Part shown: positions 7,584-15,388 of the stretch, one piece after another
How positions within the stretch are numbered: position 1 is the first letter of the stretch
Layout: the number at the start of each line of letters is the position of its first letter
NCBI RefSeq assembly: GCF_003018235.1
Contig: NZ_CP027437.1
From: Escherichia coli
GTDB lineage: Bacteria; Pseudomonadota; Gammaproteobacteria; Enterobacterales; Enterobacteriaceae
Direction: 5' to 3' (one strand)
Length of the DNA: 64,000 nucleotides
Program-made: the position numbers and the translations under genes
Notes under the pieces: generated by a model
Seen by the model: the letters and a program-made list of their open reading frames with translations, nothing else
The model's database searches: none
Told to the model about the DNA's origin: nothing

Positions 7584-9110
7584 TCAAAAATAAACCTCAC
7601 CATCAACCATATATTTGAGAGTACTTATCGCCTGCCGGGCGGATATTGTTTTCATTAAAGGATAGTGTTTAAAAACAATGCCATTCATAAAATAGATATC
7701 ACAGGTTTTATTATCTGTATTGATTATGATTTTTTCGAATGTTTTATAGGCAAGTGTACGACATAGCTCTCGCCCATTTTTACTGGTTAAGTCAATAGCA
7801 TGAAAATCACCAAGTGAGCTCACCGCTTTACTCTTCAAAGTTTTTAATGATACAGAAGCCCTTCGTAATTCCTTATCTAATACTCTGATTTTTTCTGCTA
7901 TAGCGGTAACTTCAGGCGCAACAGATAATGCAGCAATTAAATTATTAATTTTCATATGGAGCTCAATAATTCTCAACTCTAAAGTTTCATTAGCATCTTT
8001 CTTGTTTTCAACTGGTTGGATTTTACTACAATTAAAAAGCAACTCATTAATGATATTATAATCAACCAAATCTCTCTTTATTGATGGCCTGCCACATCGA
8101 TGCAGTCTTCTCATCGGACAAACATAATAGCCATGCAAACTTCCAGATACCGCATGAACAATCATGGTATTACCACAAGCCTCGCACTTCATAACTGTTC
8201 GAAGTAGATTTATCAACATAGGATTTTTGCTACTATTGCTAATACCAAAAGGTGCCAACCGAATTTCCTGCACAGCGTAAAACAAATCATCTGATATGAC
8301 TCTGGGATAATAGCCAGCGATTTCACTTATTCCTTTACCTCTTGCACGATATGAAGGTACGCATATACCTATCAGAGCTTTATTCGCTAATAATTTTTCA
8401 ATTACAGAAGGCCCCCATGCACTTTCTTTTCCTGAGAAATTCTTTACAGCATGATCATTTAAATACTTGGCTATTGCATTCAATGAGCGCCTTTCCATCC
8501 TGAGTTTAAAAATTAGCTCAATAGTTTTCACCCTGTCGGGGTCTGGAACAAAAGCCGTTCTTTTGTCATCTAAGGAGAGCCATCTCGGACAAGACGCCGT
8601 CATAATCGTACCTGATTCCAGTGCATCCTGCCGTTTTTTCTTCCATGATAATTTAACCCGACTTGACTTTATCTCGCTTTCTTCATTTGCCCTTTGTGCT
8701 ATAAGTATGGCTTTTATTAATGAATATGGCTCATTCAAAGAGTCAATATTATAGACTGTATTGTCGCAAAGAGTTATAACATCAATACCGTGATTCAAAA
8801 TCAATTTCAGACGTTCAATCGCTTCACCGACTTTTTCTCTTGAAAGTCTGTCCAGACTTTCAACTAACAATGTAGTTCCTGGCAATATATAACCATGCTC
8901 TATAGCATCTAAAAATTCCGAAAAAGCTCCTGATTGTGCATGCTTTCCTTTGAATGCACTTAATCCTAAATCTTCATATGTTATGGTATCAAGATAATAA
9001 TCACTATTTACCTTTAACCATTCAGCAATAAGTCTTCTCTGTCGGTTTAATGAGTCGCCAGACATCTGACCTGGTGATGAAAATCGCATATATGCTATGG
9101 CTTTTTTCAT
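7584..9110 (-). CDS. ybcK: Large serine recombinase YbcK
   Basis: 508 aa. MKKAIAYMRFSSPGQMSGDSLNRQ contains the resolvase catalytic Ser region. A recombinase/zinc-ribbon C-terminal part (CEACG...CPMRRLHRC) follows. The length equals K-12 YbcK. Confidence 0.9.
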   Translation of the reverse strand: MKKAIAYMRFSSPGQMSGDSLNRQRRLIAEWLKVNSDYYLDTITYEDLGLSAFKGKHAQSGAFSEFLDAIEHGYILPGTTLLVESLDRLSREKVGEAIERLKLILNHGIDVITLCDNTVYNIDSLNEPYSLIKAILIAQRANEESEIKSSRVKLSWKKKRQDALESGTIMTASCPRWLSLDDKRTAFVPDPDRVKTIELIFKLRMERRSLNAIAKYLNDHAVKNFSGKESAWGPSVIEKLLANKALIGICVPSYRARGKGISEIAGYYPRVISDDLFYAVQEIRLAPFGISNSSKNPMLINLLRTVMKCEACGNTMIVHAVSGSLHGYYVCPMRRLHRCGRPSIKRDLVDYNIINELLFNCSKIQPVENKKDANETLELRIIELHMKINNLIAALSVAPEVTAIAEKIRVLDKELRRASVSLKTLKSKAVSSLGDFHAIDLTSKNGRELCRTLAYKTFEKIIINTDNKTCDIYFMNGIVFKHYPLMKTISARQAISTLKYMVDGEVYF

Positions 9111-9308
9111 GGTGACACCTGCTAACGTATGCTTTTATAAACCTTAGTGGCGAGATATAATTTTTGTTTAATTTTTATTTAAAAAGACAATTAAGGTCAC
9201 ATTATCTTGAATATACAACAATAATCGTATTGCAATTTTCTTACGCCATAATCTTGAAAGCACAAAAGAATACATAAAAAATAAAGACATTAACAAAAAG
9301 CATAAAAC

Positions 9309-9334
9309 GAGGCTCATATAAATATAAGAGCCTC
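9309..9334 (-). terminator. emrE terminator
   Basis: GAGGCTC/GAGCCTC 7-bp stem. On the minus strand it is followed by GTTTTATGCTTTTTGTT. Confidence 0.5.
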
Positions 9335-9364
9335 CATATTTTAGTCGTTTAGAAACAAATTATT

Positions 9365-9697
9365 TTAATGTGGTGTGCTTCGTGACAATAAATTAATAAC
9401 CAACACACCGGCACAAATCAACATCATGCCTATAATGGCTGGCAGGTCCAGCCGTTGGCCGAAAAATCCCCATGACAGTAAGCTAATCAGGACAATACCG
9501 ACTCCTGACCAGATAGCATAAGCAATCCCTGTAGGAATATAAGCCAGCGTCTGAGCTAATAACCAGAATGATGCACAATAACAAATAATTGTACCAACAG
9601 ATGGCCATAACCGTGTAAAACCTTCTGAAAACTTCATTAAGGTTGTACCAATGACCTCTGCAAGTATTGCACCACCAAGATAAATATAAGGATTCAT
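9365..9697 (-). CDS. emrE: SMR multidrug efflux transporter EmrE
   Basis: The 110-aa form MNPYIYLGGAILAEVIGTTLMKFSEGFTRLWPSVGTIICY... matches recalled EmrE, including Glu14. Confidence 0.95.
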   Translation of the reverse strand: MNPYIYLGGAILAEVIGTTLMKFSEGFTRLWPSVGTIICYCASFWLLAQTLAYIPTGIAYAIWSGVGIVLISLLSWGFFGQRLDLPAIIGMMLICAGVLVINLLSRSTPH

Positions 9698-9764
9698 AGC
9701 ATATTCTTTCCTGTTCAAACTGGAGAGAATTGTACTACAGTTTGAACTCAACTCACCTGTTTCA

Positions 9765-10067
9765 TCATTGTGTACCCATTGATGTTCTTTTATATACCCT
9801 CAATACCCGTTTCATCGCGGCACTCTGGCGACACTCCTTAAAAATCAGATTCGTGCTCACCTTTCCTTCCCGTTCTTCTCTGGTAGCGAACCGGTAATAC
9901 ACCGTTCGCCAGACCTTACCATCAACGACCAGGATTCCTGCCCGCGCCATTTTAGCCGCAGCCTGATTTATGCTGGTTACGGTTGCGCCTGTTACCGCGG
10001 CAACGTCCTGTGCACAGAAGCTCTTATGCGTCCCCAGGTAATGAATAATTGCCTCTTTGCCCGTCAT
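9765..10067 (-). CDS. ren: Ren (Rex-exclusion resistance) protein
   Basis: MTGKEAIIHYLGTH.SFCA.DVAA.TGATVTSINQAAAKMARAG matches recalled lambda Ren. It follows P. Confidence 0.88.
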   Translation of the reverse strand: MTGKEAIIHYLGTHKSFCAQDVAAVTGATVTSINQAAAKMARAGILVVDGKVWRTVYYRFATREEREGKVSTNLIFKECRQSAAMKRVLRVYKRTSMGTQ

Positions 10068-10765
10068 ACACTTGCTCCTTTCAGTCCGAACTTAGCTTTG
10101 ATTTCTGCGATCTTCGCCAGAGCCTGTGCACGATTTAGAGGTCTACCGCCCATGACAGGAAGTTGTTTTACTGGTTCAGGTATCGCCTCACCACGGTTAA
10201 TTCGCGCGGTCATACAGGACAGTTCATCGGCAGCCTTGCGCCGTAATTCCGCGTCAGTCAACGCATTGGCCCGCATGTTCTGATACAGGTTGGTAACCAG
10301 CCAGTAGTGCGCGTTTGATTTCCACGGATAAGACTCTGCATCCGGATACAGACCACGCTTCCGGCAATACTCGTAAACCATATCAACCAGCTCGCTGACG
10401 TTTGGCAGCCCGGCGGTAACGGATGCTTCTTCCCGGCACCATGCAACAAACTGCCCGGGTGATGGCAGAAATGGTCTATTCTGCCGACGGGCAACACGCA
10501 TTCCGGCGCTCACCTGTTCCATCGTGGTGATCCCGTTTTCCCGGAAAGCCAGAACCCACTGGCGGCGGATTTCGTTCAGTTCGTTCTGGTCACGATTAGC
10601 CAGGCTCGCCGGGAAAGTTGCCAGTAACTGGCTGAATACACCGTTGATTATCTGCGCTACCTGCTGTACCTGCGGCTTTTCGTCGTACTGTTCCGGCATG
10701 TTGTTGGCGATCCGACGCATCTGCTCACGGTCAAAGTTAATCATCTGTGCGGCGATGTTTTTCAT
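10064..10765 (-). CDS. P: Replication protein P (DnaB loader)
   Basis: 233 aa. MKNIAAQMINFDREQMRRIANNMPEQYDEKPQVQQVAQIINGVF matches recalled lambda P. Confidence 0.95.
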   Translation of the reverse strand: MKNIAAQMINFDREQMRRIANNMPEQYDEKPQVQQVAQIINGVFSQLLATFPASLANRDQNELNEIRRQWVLAFRENGITTMEQVSAGMRVARRQNRPFLPSPGQFVAWCREEASVTAGLPNVSELVDMVYEYCRKRGLYPDAESYPWKSNAHYWLVTNLYQNMRANALTDAELRRKAADELSCMTARINRGEAIPEPVKQLPVMGGRPLNRAQALAKIAEIKAKFGLKGASV

Positions 10766-11691
10766 AGATCCACCCCGTAAATCCAGTCTGTGTTTGTCAG
10801 GTCGAGTTTTGGTTTGCTAGCTGTCACGCCTGCCTGTTGCTTGTTACGGTTGATTTCGAGTTGGGTCCACTTGTCGCGGAGTTTGGCCGGACTTAGCACG
10901 TTACCGGACCAGAAGTTGTCCTGGCATGCCCAGCGGAACAGCACGCACATGTCGCGGTGGTTACGTCCGTCACGTTCACGCATCAGGCGGATATCGTTAG
11001 CCCACCCTGCAAAATTCGGTTTTCTGGCTGATGGCGCGATGGTCTTCACCATGTCAAACATCCACTCTGCGGCGGTCAGGTCTTCTGCTGTCCCCCACTT
11101 GCTGCCGCTCTGAATTGCAGCATCCGGTTTCACCACAGGAAGATCGTTTTCTGGTTGGTCAGAGGATTCGCCAGAATTCTCGGACGAAAAAGGTTTTATA
11201 TTGTCTTTTGTTAGTTTGTCTTTTGTGTTTACCTGATTCGGGTAAACGCCTTTACCTGATTTGGGTAAACTTTTTTTACCTGATTCAGGTAAATTTACCT
11301 CTTTCAGGTAAACTTTATTTTTCTTACCTGATTCGGGTAATGTTGACCATTCACTGACCACATTATTAATGCCGGTATTCCGCCCGCTCTGAATAAAAAT
11401 CCCACGCTTTACCAGAACACTTTTTGCAGCAGAACACTTGTGCGGCAATATCCCGGTTAATTCGGAAAGTTGCTCGTTGCTAACCCAATCCAGTTTTTTA
11501 TTAAAGCCATATGTTTTGCGCATGACAGCCAGAAAGACCAGAAGCTGGTGCTGTGTTAATCCGGCCAGCATCACAGCTTCCAGCAACTCATTTGCAATGC
11601 GCGTATAACCATCATCGAGATCTGCCACGCGCGGCTCCTTTTGTGCCGCATCCGGCACTGGAAAATTGAATATCTCAGCAGTGTTTGCCAT
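10762..11691 (-). CDS. O: Replication initiator O
   Basis: Starts MANTAEIFNF behind GGAGG. The C-terminal half (SSENSGESSDQPENDL.VVKPDAAIQSGSKWGTAEDLTAAEWMFDM...) matches recalled lambda O. The N-terminal (iteron-binding) half differs. Confidence 0.93.
   Translation of the reverse strand: MANTAEIFNFPVPDAAQKEPRVADLDDGYTRIANELLEAVMLAGLTQHQLLVFLAVMRKTYGFNKKLDWVSNEQLSELTGILPHKCSAAKSVLVKRGIFIQSGRNTGINNVVSEWSTLPESGKKNKVYLKEVNLPESGKKSLPKSGKGVYPNQVNTKDKLTKDNIKPFSSENSGESSDQPENDLPVVKPDAAIQSGSKWGTAEDLTAAEWMFDMVKTIAPSARKPNFAGWANDIRLMRERDGRNHRDMCVLFRWACQDNFWSGNVLSPAKLRDKWTQLEINRNKQQAGVTASKPKLDLTNTDWIYGVDL
11229..11340. repeat. ori iterons: five 17-bp TTACCT(N5)AGGTAA-type inverted-repeat units inside O, with an AT-rich tract at 11190-11228
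   Basis: Units at 11229-45, 11252-68, 11276-92, 11295-311 and 11324-40 (ttacctgattcgggtaa and variants). Confidence 0.85.
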
Positions 11692-11777
11692 AATTCCTCC
11701 CGCAATGAGTGTGTTACGATTTGCACCTGAAAGTCGGTTCTGTTCCAGCAGACCGGCTTTCGCCATTTCTGAACCTG

Positions 11778-12317
11778 TCATATTGCCCCCAGCATGGTGG
11801 TGACCATTGCCATCAGTGGACCAGCCAGATCCGGGTCCACTCGAAACATCGACACAATGCCTTCACTCATCTCCTTCAGTTTCTGGTGGCGTGGTGCGTT
11901 GAGAATGACCGCCTGCTTTGCCTCACTGAGTTCCTTTTCCATTTCAGCCAGCCGAGCCATGAAGCTATCCTGCTCAACTAGGTAACCGCGATATTCCAGC
12001 GGTAGTACCGCCAGAATTGCCGGGGTCAGTTCACGCACGTTATTTCTGTATTTTTCAGAATCGAATTTGTTATCGAGGAAGCGGAACAGCTTCTGGCGTG
12101 CACGGCTGACATCATCAGGGAAATCGATGGTGCCGCCGCCCTGCTCCCGATACTCATTCACAATGAGTGCGGCAACGACATCCTGATTATCTACAGCCGA
12201 CCAGGCGCGGACGGCATCACGGATTTTTTCGTGGCCTGGAGCTTGTTTTGTTTGAGAACGATTTATCACCGCAGTCGGGCTAAATCCGCTAGTCTGTTGG
12301 TATGTAAGTGGTTGCAT
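11778..12317 (-). CDS. YdaT-family regulator (functional CII equivalent)
   Basis: 179 aa. IVNEYREQGGGTIDF and LTPAILAVLPLEYRGYL resemble recalled Rac YdaT (ITEEYLRQGGGELPL, LIPAILAILPRELRHRL). It occupies the cII position between cro and O. Confidence 0.6.
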   Translation of the reverse strand: MQPLTYQQTSGFSPTAVINRSQTKQAPGHEKIRDAVRAWSAVDNQDVVAALIVNEYREQGGGTIDFPDDVSRARQKLFRFLDNKFDSEKYRNNVRELTPAILAVLPLEYRGYLVEQDSFMARLAEMEKELSEAKQAVILNAPRHQKLKEMSEGIVSMFRVDPDLAGPLMAMVTTMLGAI

Positions 12318-12386
12318 AATTGACTCCTTTAGTTTGAATTGACTGTTAAGTTGATTGCTTATTGTTAAAGAGCGTGAAATGGAAAT

Positions 12387-12617
12387 TTAAGCTGCGTTCT
12401 TTTCAGTGTGTGGAAACAACTTCGGAAGATCCGGGCGAATCTGGTATGCCTTCACTACTCCACCAGTAGCCGTAACAATGCTGCCGACATGTTCAGGGGA
12501 TACCTTTGCTTTGTTGTGAAGCCACTTATAGACGGCCTGCTGTGAAACTTCGCAGGCAGCGCCTAGTTTCTTTTGTGAACCAACGATATTGATCGCTGTT
12601 TTGATGGCTGGGTTCAT
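12387..12617 (-). CDS. Cro/YdaS-type HTH regulator
   Basis: 76 aa. GSQKKLGAACEVSQQAVYKWLH is a helix-turn-helix. It is the first gene of the rightward-equivalent operon, divergent from cI, with GGAGG 5 nt upstream of the ATG. Confidence 0.75.
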   Translation of the reverse strand: MNPAIKTAINIVGSQKKLGAACEVSQQAVYKWLHNKAKVSPEHVGSIVTATGGVVKAYQIRPDLPKLFPHTEKNAA

Positions 12618-12644
12618 AACAACCTCCGTGGTTAATTTGAATCA

Positions 12645-12673
12645 AGATTAAAACCATGGTTGTTTTTAGTCAA
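12645..12673 (-). promoter_or_regulatory. Candidate pR
   Basis: Minus strand: TTGACT, 17 nt, TAATCT. An operator-like repeat sits in the spacer. Confidence 0.55.
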
Positions 12674-12713
12674 CAACCATTTTCGTTTGATGAAATAAAA
12701 CCTTGGTTGTACA
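12650..12713. promoter_or_regulatory. Candidate oR operators (three 17-bp sites; consensus about AAAACAAC-N4-GTTTT)
   Basis: Sites at 12650-66 (rc AAAACAACCATGGTTTT), 12670-86 (TCAACAACCATTTTCGT) and 12697-713 (rc TGTACAACCAAGGTTTT). The same motif recurs at oL. Confidence 0.5.
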
Positions 12714-12715
12714 TT
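12687..12715 (+). promoter_or_regulatory. Candidate pRM giving a leaderless cI mRNA
   Basis: TTGATG, 17 nt, TACATT. The A of the cI ATG (12722) lies 7 nt downstream of the -10, and there is no SD. Confidence 0.4.
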
Positions 12716-12721
12716 TGGACT

Positions 12722-13411
12722 ATGAAAACAACACTCTCAGAAAGACTTAAAGAAGCCAGATTAGCGCGAGGCCTTACACAAAAGGCGCTTGGGGATTTGG
12801 TCGGGGTTAGCCAAGCAGCTATTCAGAAAATCGAAACAGGGAAAGCTAACCAAACAACTAAAATCGTGGAGATCGCGAACGCTTTGGGTGTGCGCGCAGA
12901 ATGGTTATCTTCTGGCGTTGGAAATATGTCAGACAGTACAGTGCAACCAATACAAACAACTGTCAGCCATTCCAAATACTTTAAGATTGACGTTCTTGAT
13001 ATCGAAGTGAGTGCCGGGCCGGGAGTCATCAACCGTGAGTTTGTAGAAGTTCTACGCTCGGTTGAGTACTCGTTTGACGATGCTCGTCACATGTTCGATG
13101 GTAGGAAGGCAGAAAATATCCGCATCATTAACGTACGCGGTGACAGCATGTCAGGAACGATTGAACCTGGTGATCTTCTATTCGTTGATATCACGGTTAA
13201 ATCTTTCGACGGTGATGGTATCTATGCGTTTCTGTACGACGACACAGCCCATGTAAAGCGCCTGCAAATGATGAAGGATAAGCTGCTGGTTATCTCTGAT
13301 AACAAAAGCTACTCACCGTGGGACCCGATCGAGAAAGATGAGATGAACCGGGTATTTATCTTCGGGAAAGTTATTGGGAGCATGCCGCAGACGTATAGGA
13401 AGCATGGATAG
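12722..13411 (+). CDS. cI: CI-type prophage repressor (HTH_XRE plus S24 LexA-like peptidase)
   Basis: LSERLKEARLARGLTQKALGDLVGVSQAAIQKIETG is the HTH. EVSAGPG is a candidate Ala-Gly cleavage site. GDSMSGTIEPGD and VKRL carry the Ser/Lys dyad. Start moved from 12656 to 12722 so the operators stay intergenic. Confidence 0.85.
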   Translation: MKTTLSERLKEARLARGLTQKALGDLVGVSQAAIQKIETGKANQTTKIVEIANALGVRAEWLSSGVGNMSDSTVQPIQTTVSHSKYFKIDVLDIEVSAGPGVINREFVEVLRSVEYSFDDARHMFDGRKAENIRIINVRGDSMSGTIEPGDLLFVDITVKSFDGDGIYAFLYDDTAHVKRLQMMKDKLLVISDNKSYSPWDPIEKDEMNRVFIFGKVIGSMPQTYRKHG

Positions 13412-13491
13412 TACCAATTAAAAATTATCAACCGGGCATTGTGCTCATTCAGTAAAACAACTTAATTATTCATTTTAGAATGGAGAACTTA

Positions 13492-14553
13492 ATGGATACT
13501 TTAAAATATGAGAAATTCTCTGATTTTGATCACAATGACCCATTTTTTGACTCTTTAAAAAAAGATTATAAAGAGTTTCCTCTTTGGTTAGAAAAAAAAG
13601 CCAGAGAAGGAGAATCAGCTTATGTGCTCTATGATGACAAGCATAAAATCGAAGGTTTTATGTATCTAAAAGAAAATGATGATGCAAATGACATTAATCC
13701 AGCGCTCCCACCAGGACGTCATCTAAAGATAGGAACATTCAAATTTGAATCTAAAGGCACCCTTCGCGGACAACGATTTCTAAAAAAAGCGTTTGACCAT
13801 GCATTTTCATCAAAATCTGATGATATTTATGTTACTGTTTTCGACAAACACGTCCATCTAATAAAACTTTTCCAAACGTACGGATTTTACATTCATGGTG
13901 AAAAAGAAACACATAACGGGAAAGAGTTTGTATATGCGAGGTCTTTGCATGAGCCTTATGGTGATATTTTATTAGATTACCCTCGAATAATGACATCAAG
14001 GGCCAACAAATATTTACTGGCGATTTATCCCGAATATCACACTAGACTATTCCCTGATTCAAAACTTGTAAATGAATCACCAGATATTGTCAAAGATATA
14101 TCCCATGCTAACAGCATTCATAAAATTTACATATGTGGAATGCGTTCTGTGATGGGAATGAAAAGAGGAGATATCATTGTCATCTATAGAACCGGAGACA
14201 AAAAAGGGCCAGCTCGCTATCGTTCTGTAGCCAGTACATTATGTGTAGTTGAGAGCGTAAAAAATATTTCTGAATTTTTAAGCGAAGATAGTTTTGTAGA
14301 CTATTGTATTCGTTTTAGCGTATTTTCTGAAGATGAACTCAGAAAAATCTATAAAGAACGTCGATACCCTTTCATTATAAGATTCACATACAATCTGTCT
14401 TTGCCAAAGAGACCCAATCGTGCTATTTTAATAGATCATGTGGGGCTAAATGGTTCGCGTGCATTCCGATGGAGTCACTTTAAACTCACAAATGAGCAGT
14501 TCTTAAAGATCATCGAGTTAGGCAAGATAAATGAAAGTTTTATTATCCATTAA
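13492..14553 (+). CDS. Two-domain accessory protein: GNAT-like N-terminal half plus PUA-like (EVE/ASCH-like) C-terminal half
   Basis: 353 aa (357 if started at 13480). GTLRGQRFLKKAFDHA and LIKLFQTYGFYIHGE resemble GNAT motif A and the following GF strand. MKRGDIIVIYRTG...YRSVASTLCVVESV resembles a PUA-like beta-barrel. Domain calls were made by eye. The gene is visibly AT-rich. Confidence 0.55.
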   Translation: MDTLKYEKFSDFDHNDPFFDSLKKDYKEFPLWLEKKAREGESAYVLYDDKHKIEGFMYLKENDDANDINPALPPGRHLKIGTFKFESKGTLRGQRFLKKAFDHAFSSKSDDIYVTVFDKHVHLIKLFQTYGFYIHGEKETHNGKEFVYARSLHEPYGDILLDYPRIMTSRANKYLLAIYPEYHTRLFPDSKLVNESPDIVKDISHANSIHKIYICGMRSVMGMKRGDIIVIYRTGDKKGPARYRSVASTLCVVESVKNISEFLSEDSFVDYCIRFSVFSEDELRKIYKERRYPFIIRFTYNLSLPKRPNRAILIDHVGLNGSRAFRWSHFKLTNEQFLKIIELGKINESFIIH

Positions 14554-14908
14554 GCCTGAGTTTGCAGAAAAAATATTGAACGGAACAAAGCGGTTCGAGT
14601 TTCGTAAAGGTATATTCAAAAATCCGCAAATTAGCACCGTTGTTATTTATGCCACGATGCCATTAGGTAAAGTTGTTGGTCAATTCCGTATTGAATCAAT
14701 ACTAAGTGACGAACCGGAATCTCTTTGGAAAAAGACGGAAAAACACGCAGGTATTTCTAAGCAATTTTATGACTCATATTATTCAGGTAGAGAAAAGGCC
14801 TACGCAATAAAAATTGGTGAAGTGGAAAGATATAAAGAACCAATTCCTATCTCTGCTCTAGGTAGTAATATTAAGCCACCACAATCATATCTTTACCTAC
14901 CTGCGTAA
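14531..14908 (+). CDS. ASCH-domain protein (PUA-like fold)
   Basis: 125 aa. MKVLLSIKPEFAEKILNGTKRFEFRK...VVIYATMPLGKVVGQFRIESI has the typical ASCH N-terminal pattern. It overlaps the upstream gene by 23 nt. Confidence 0.7.
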   Translation: MKVLLSIKPEFAEKILNGTKRFEFRKGIFKNPQISTVVIYATMPLGKVVGQFRIESILSDEPESLWKKTEKHAGISKQFYDSYYSGREKAYAIKIGEVERYKEPIPISALGSNIKPPQSYLYLPA

Positions 14909-14912
14909 GAAT

Positions 14913-14939
14913 CCCGGCCACCGTGCCGGGTTTTCTTTT
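14913..14939 (+). terminator. Rho-independent terminator of the cI-accessory operon
   Basis: CCCGGC-caccgt-GCCGGG followed by TTTTCTTTT. Confidence 0.75.
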
Positions 14940-15054
14940 ATCCCCTCCCCTCATCACATATACCGTTCAAAAAACCACCACAATCTCCCTTCAGTTATCG
15001 CTATGCGATGCAAGTCACAAAATAAACCCATCCTAAATACAACCAGTTACATCT

Positions 15055-15112
15055 AAAACAACCAATAAAACAACTTTTGTTGTTGACGATAAAACAACTA
15101 TAGTTTTAAATA
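15055..15112 (+). promoter_or_regulatory. Candidate oL/pL
   Basis: Operator-like AAAACAACTTTTGTTGT (15067-83) and AAAACAACTATAGTTTT (15091-107), plus a partial site at 15055-71. TTGACG (15083-88), 18 nt, TAAATA (15107-12). Confidence 0.45.
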
Positions 15113-15388
15113 AATTCATCGCAACAACACAACGATACGGCAACCACCTGATTCACCGTTGCGATGACCGCTTAGATCCGCAGCTTGAATTTCAGCAGGC
15201 TCCGGGGAGTGCGAGGGGTGAAGCGGACGCGTGAACGTCGGTGTGACCAGCTGAAATCAACTCAACACTTCATACCTCAGTCGCTTCAACGAGGCGGCTT
15301 AGTTATGACAACCGGCGGCCATCCACCGCCTGAATACGCGCAGAAGTCTCCATATGTTCAGCAGCCCAGCTTACGGGCAGGAGTTTTT

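Noticed and set aside
11229-11340. Regularly spaced 17-bp repeats, considered as a possible CRISPR-like array.
   Set aside because: The units are inverted-repeat iterons with 2-12 bp spacers inside the O gene. This is the classic lambdoid ori. There are no cas genes or spacers of CRISPR size.
12656-12721. The upstream start of the cI ORF given in the ORF track (251 aa).
   Set aside because: It would make the operators and both divergent promoters coding sequence. The HTH begins right after the ATG at 12722, giving a normal 229-aa CI.
15185-15388. The arginine-rich N-terminus (RLRGVRGVKRTRERR) of the TTG-started ORF, considered as an N-type antiterminator ARM.
   Set aside because: It needs a TTG start with no SD and shows no resemblance to lambda, 21 or P22 N as I recall them. 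No boxA/boxB nut element is visible. The internal ATG at 15389 has a good SD, so only the 68-aa version is reported. The region is treated as a leader.
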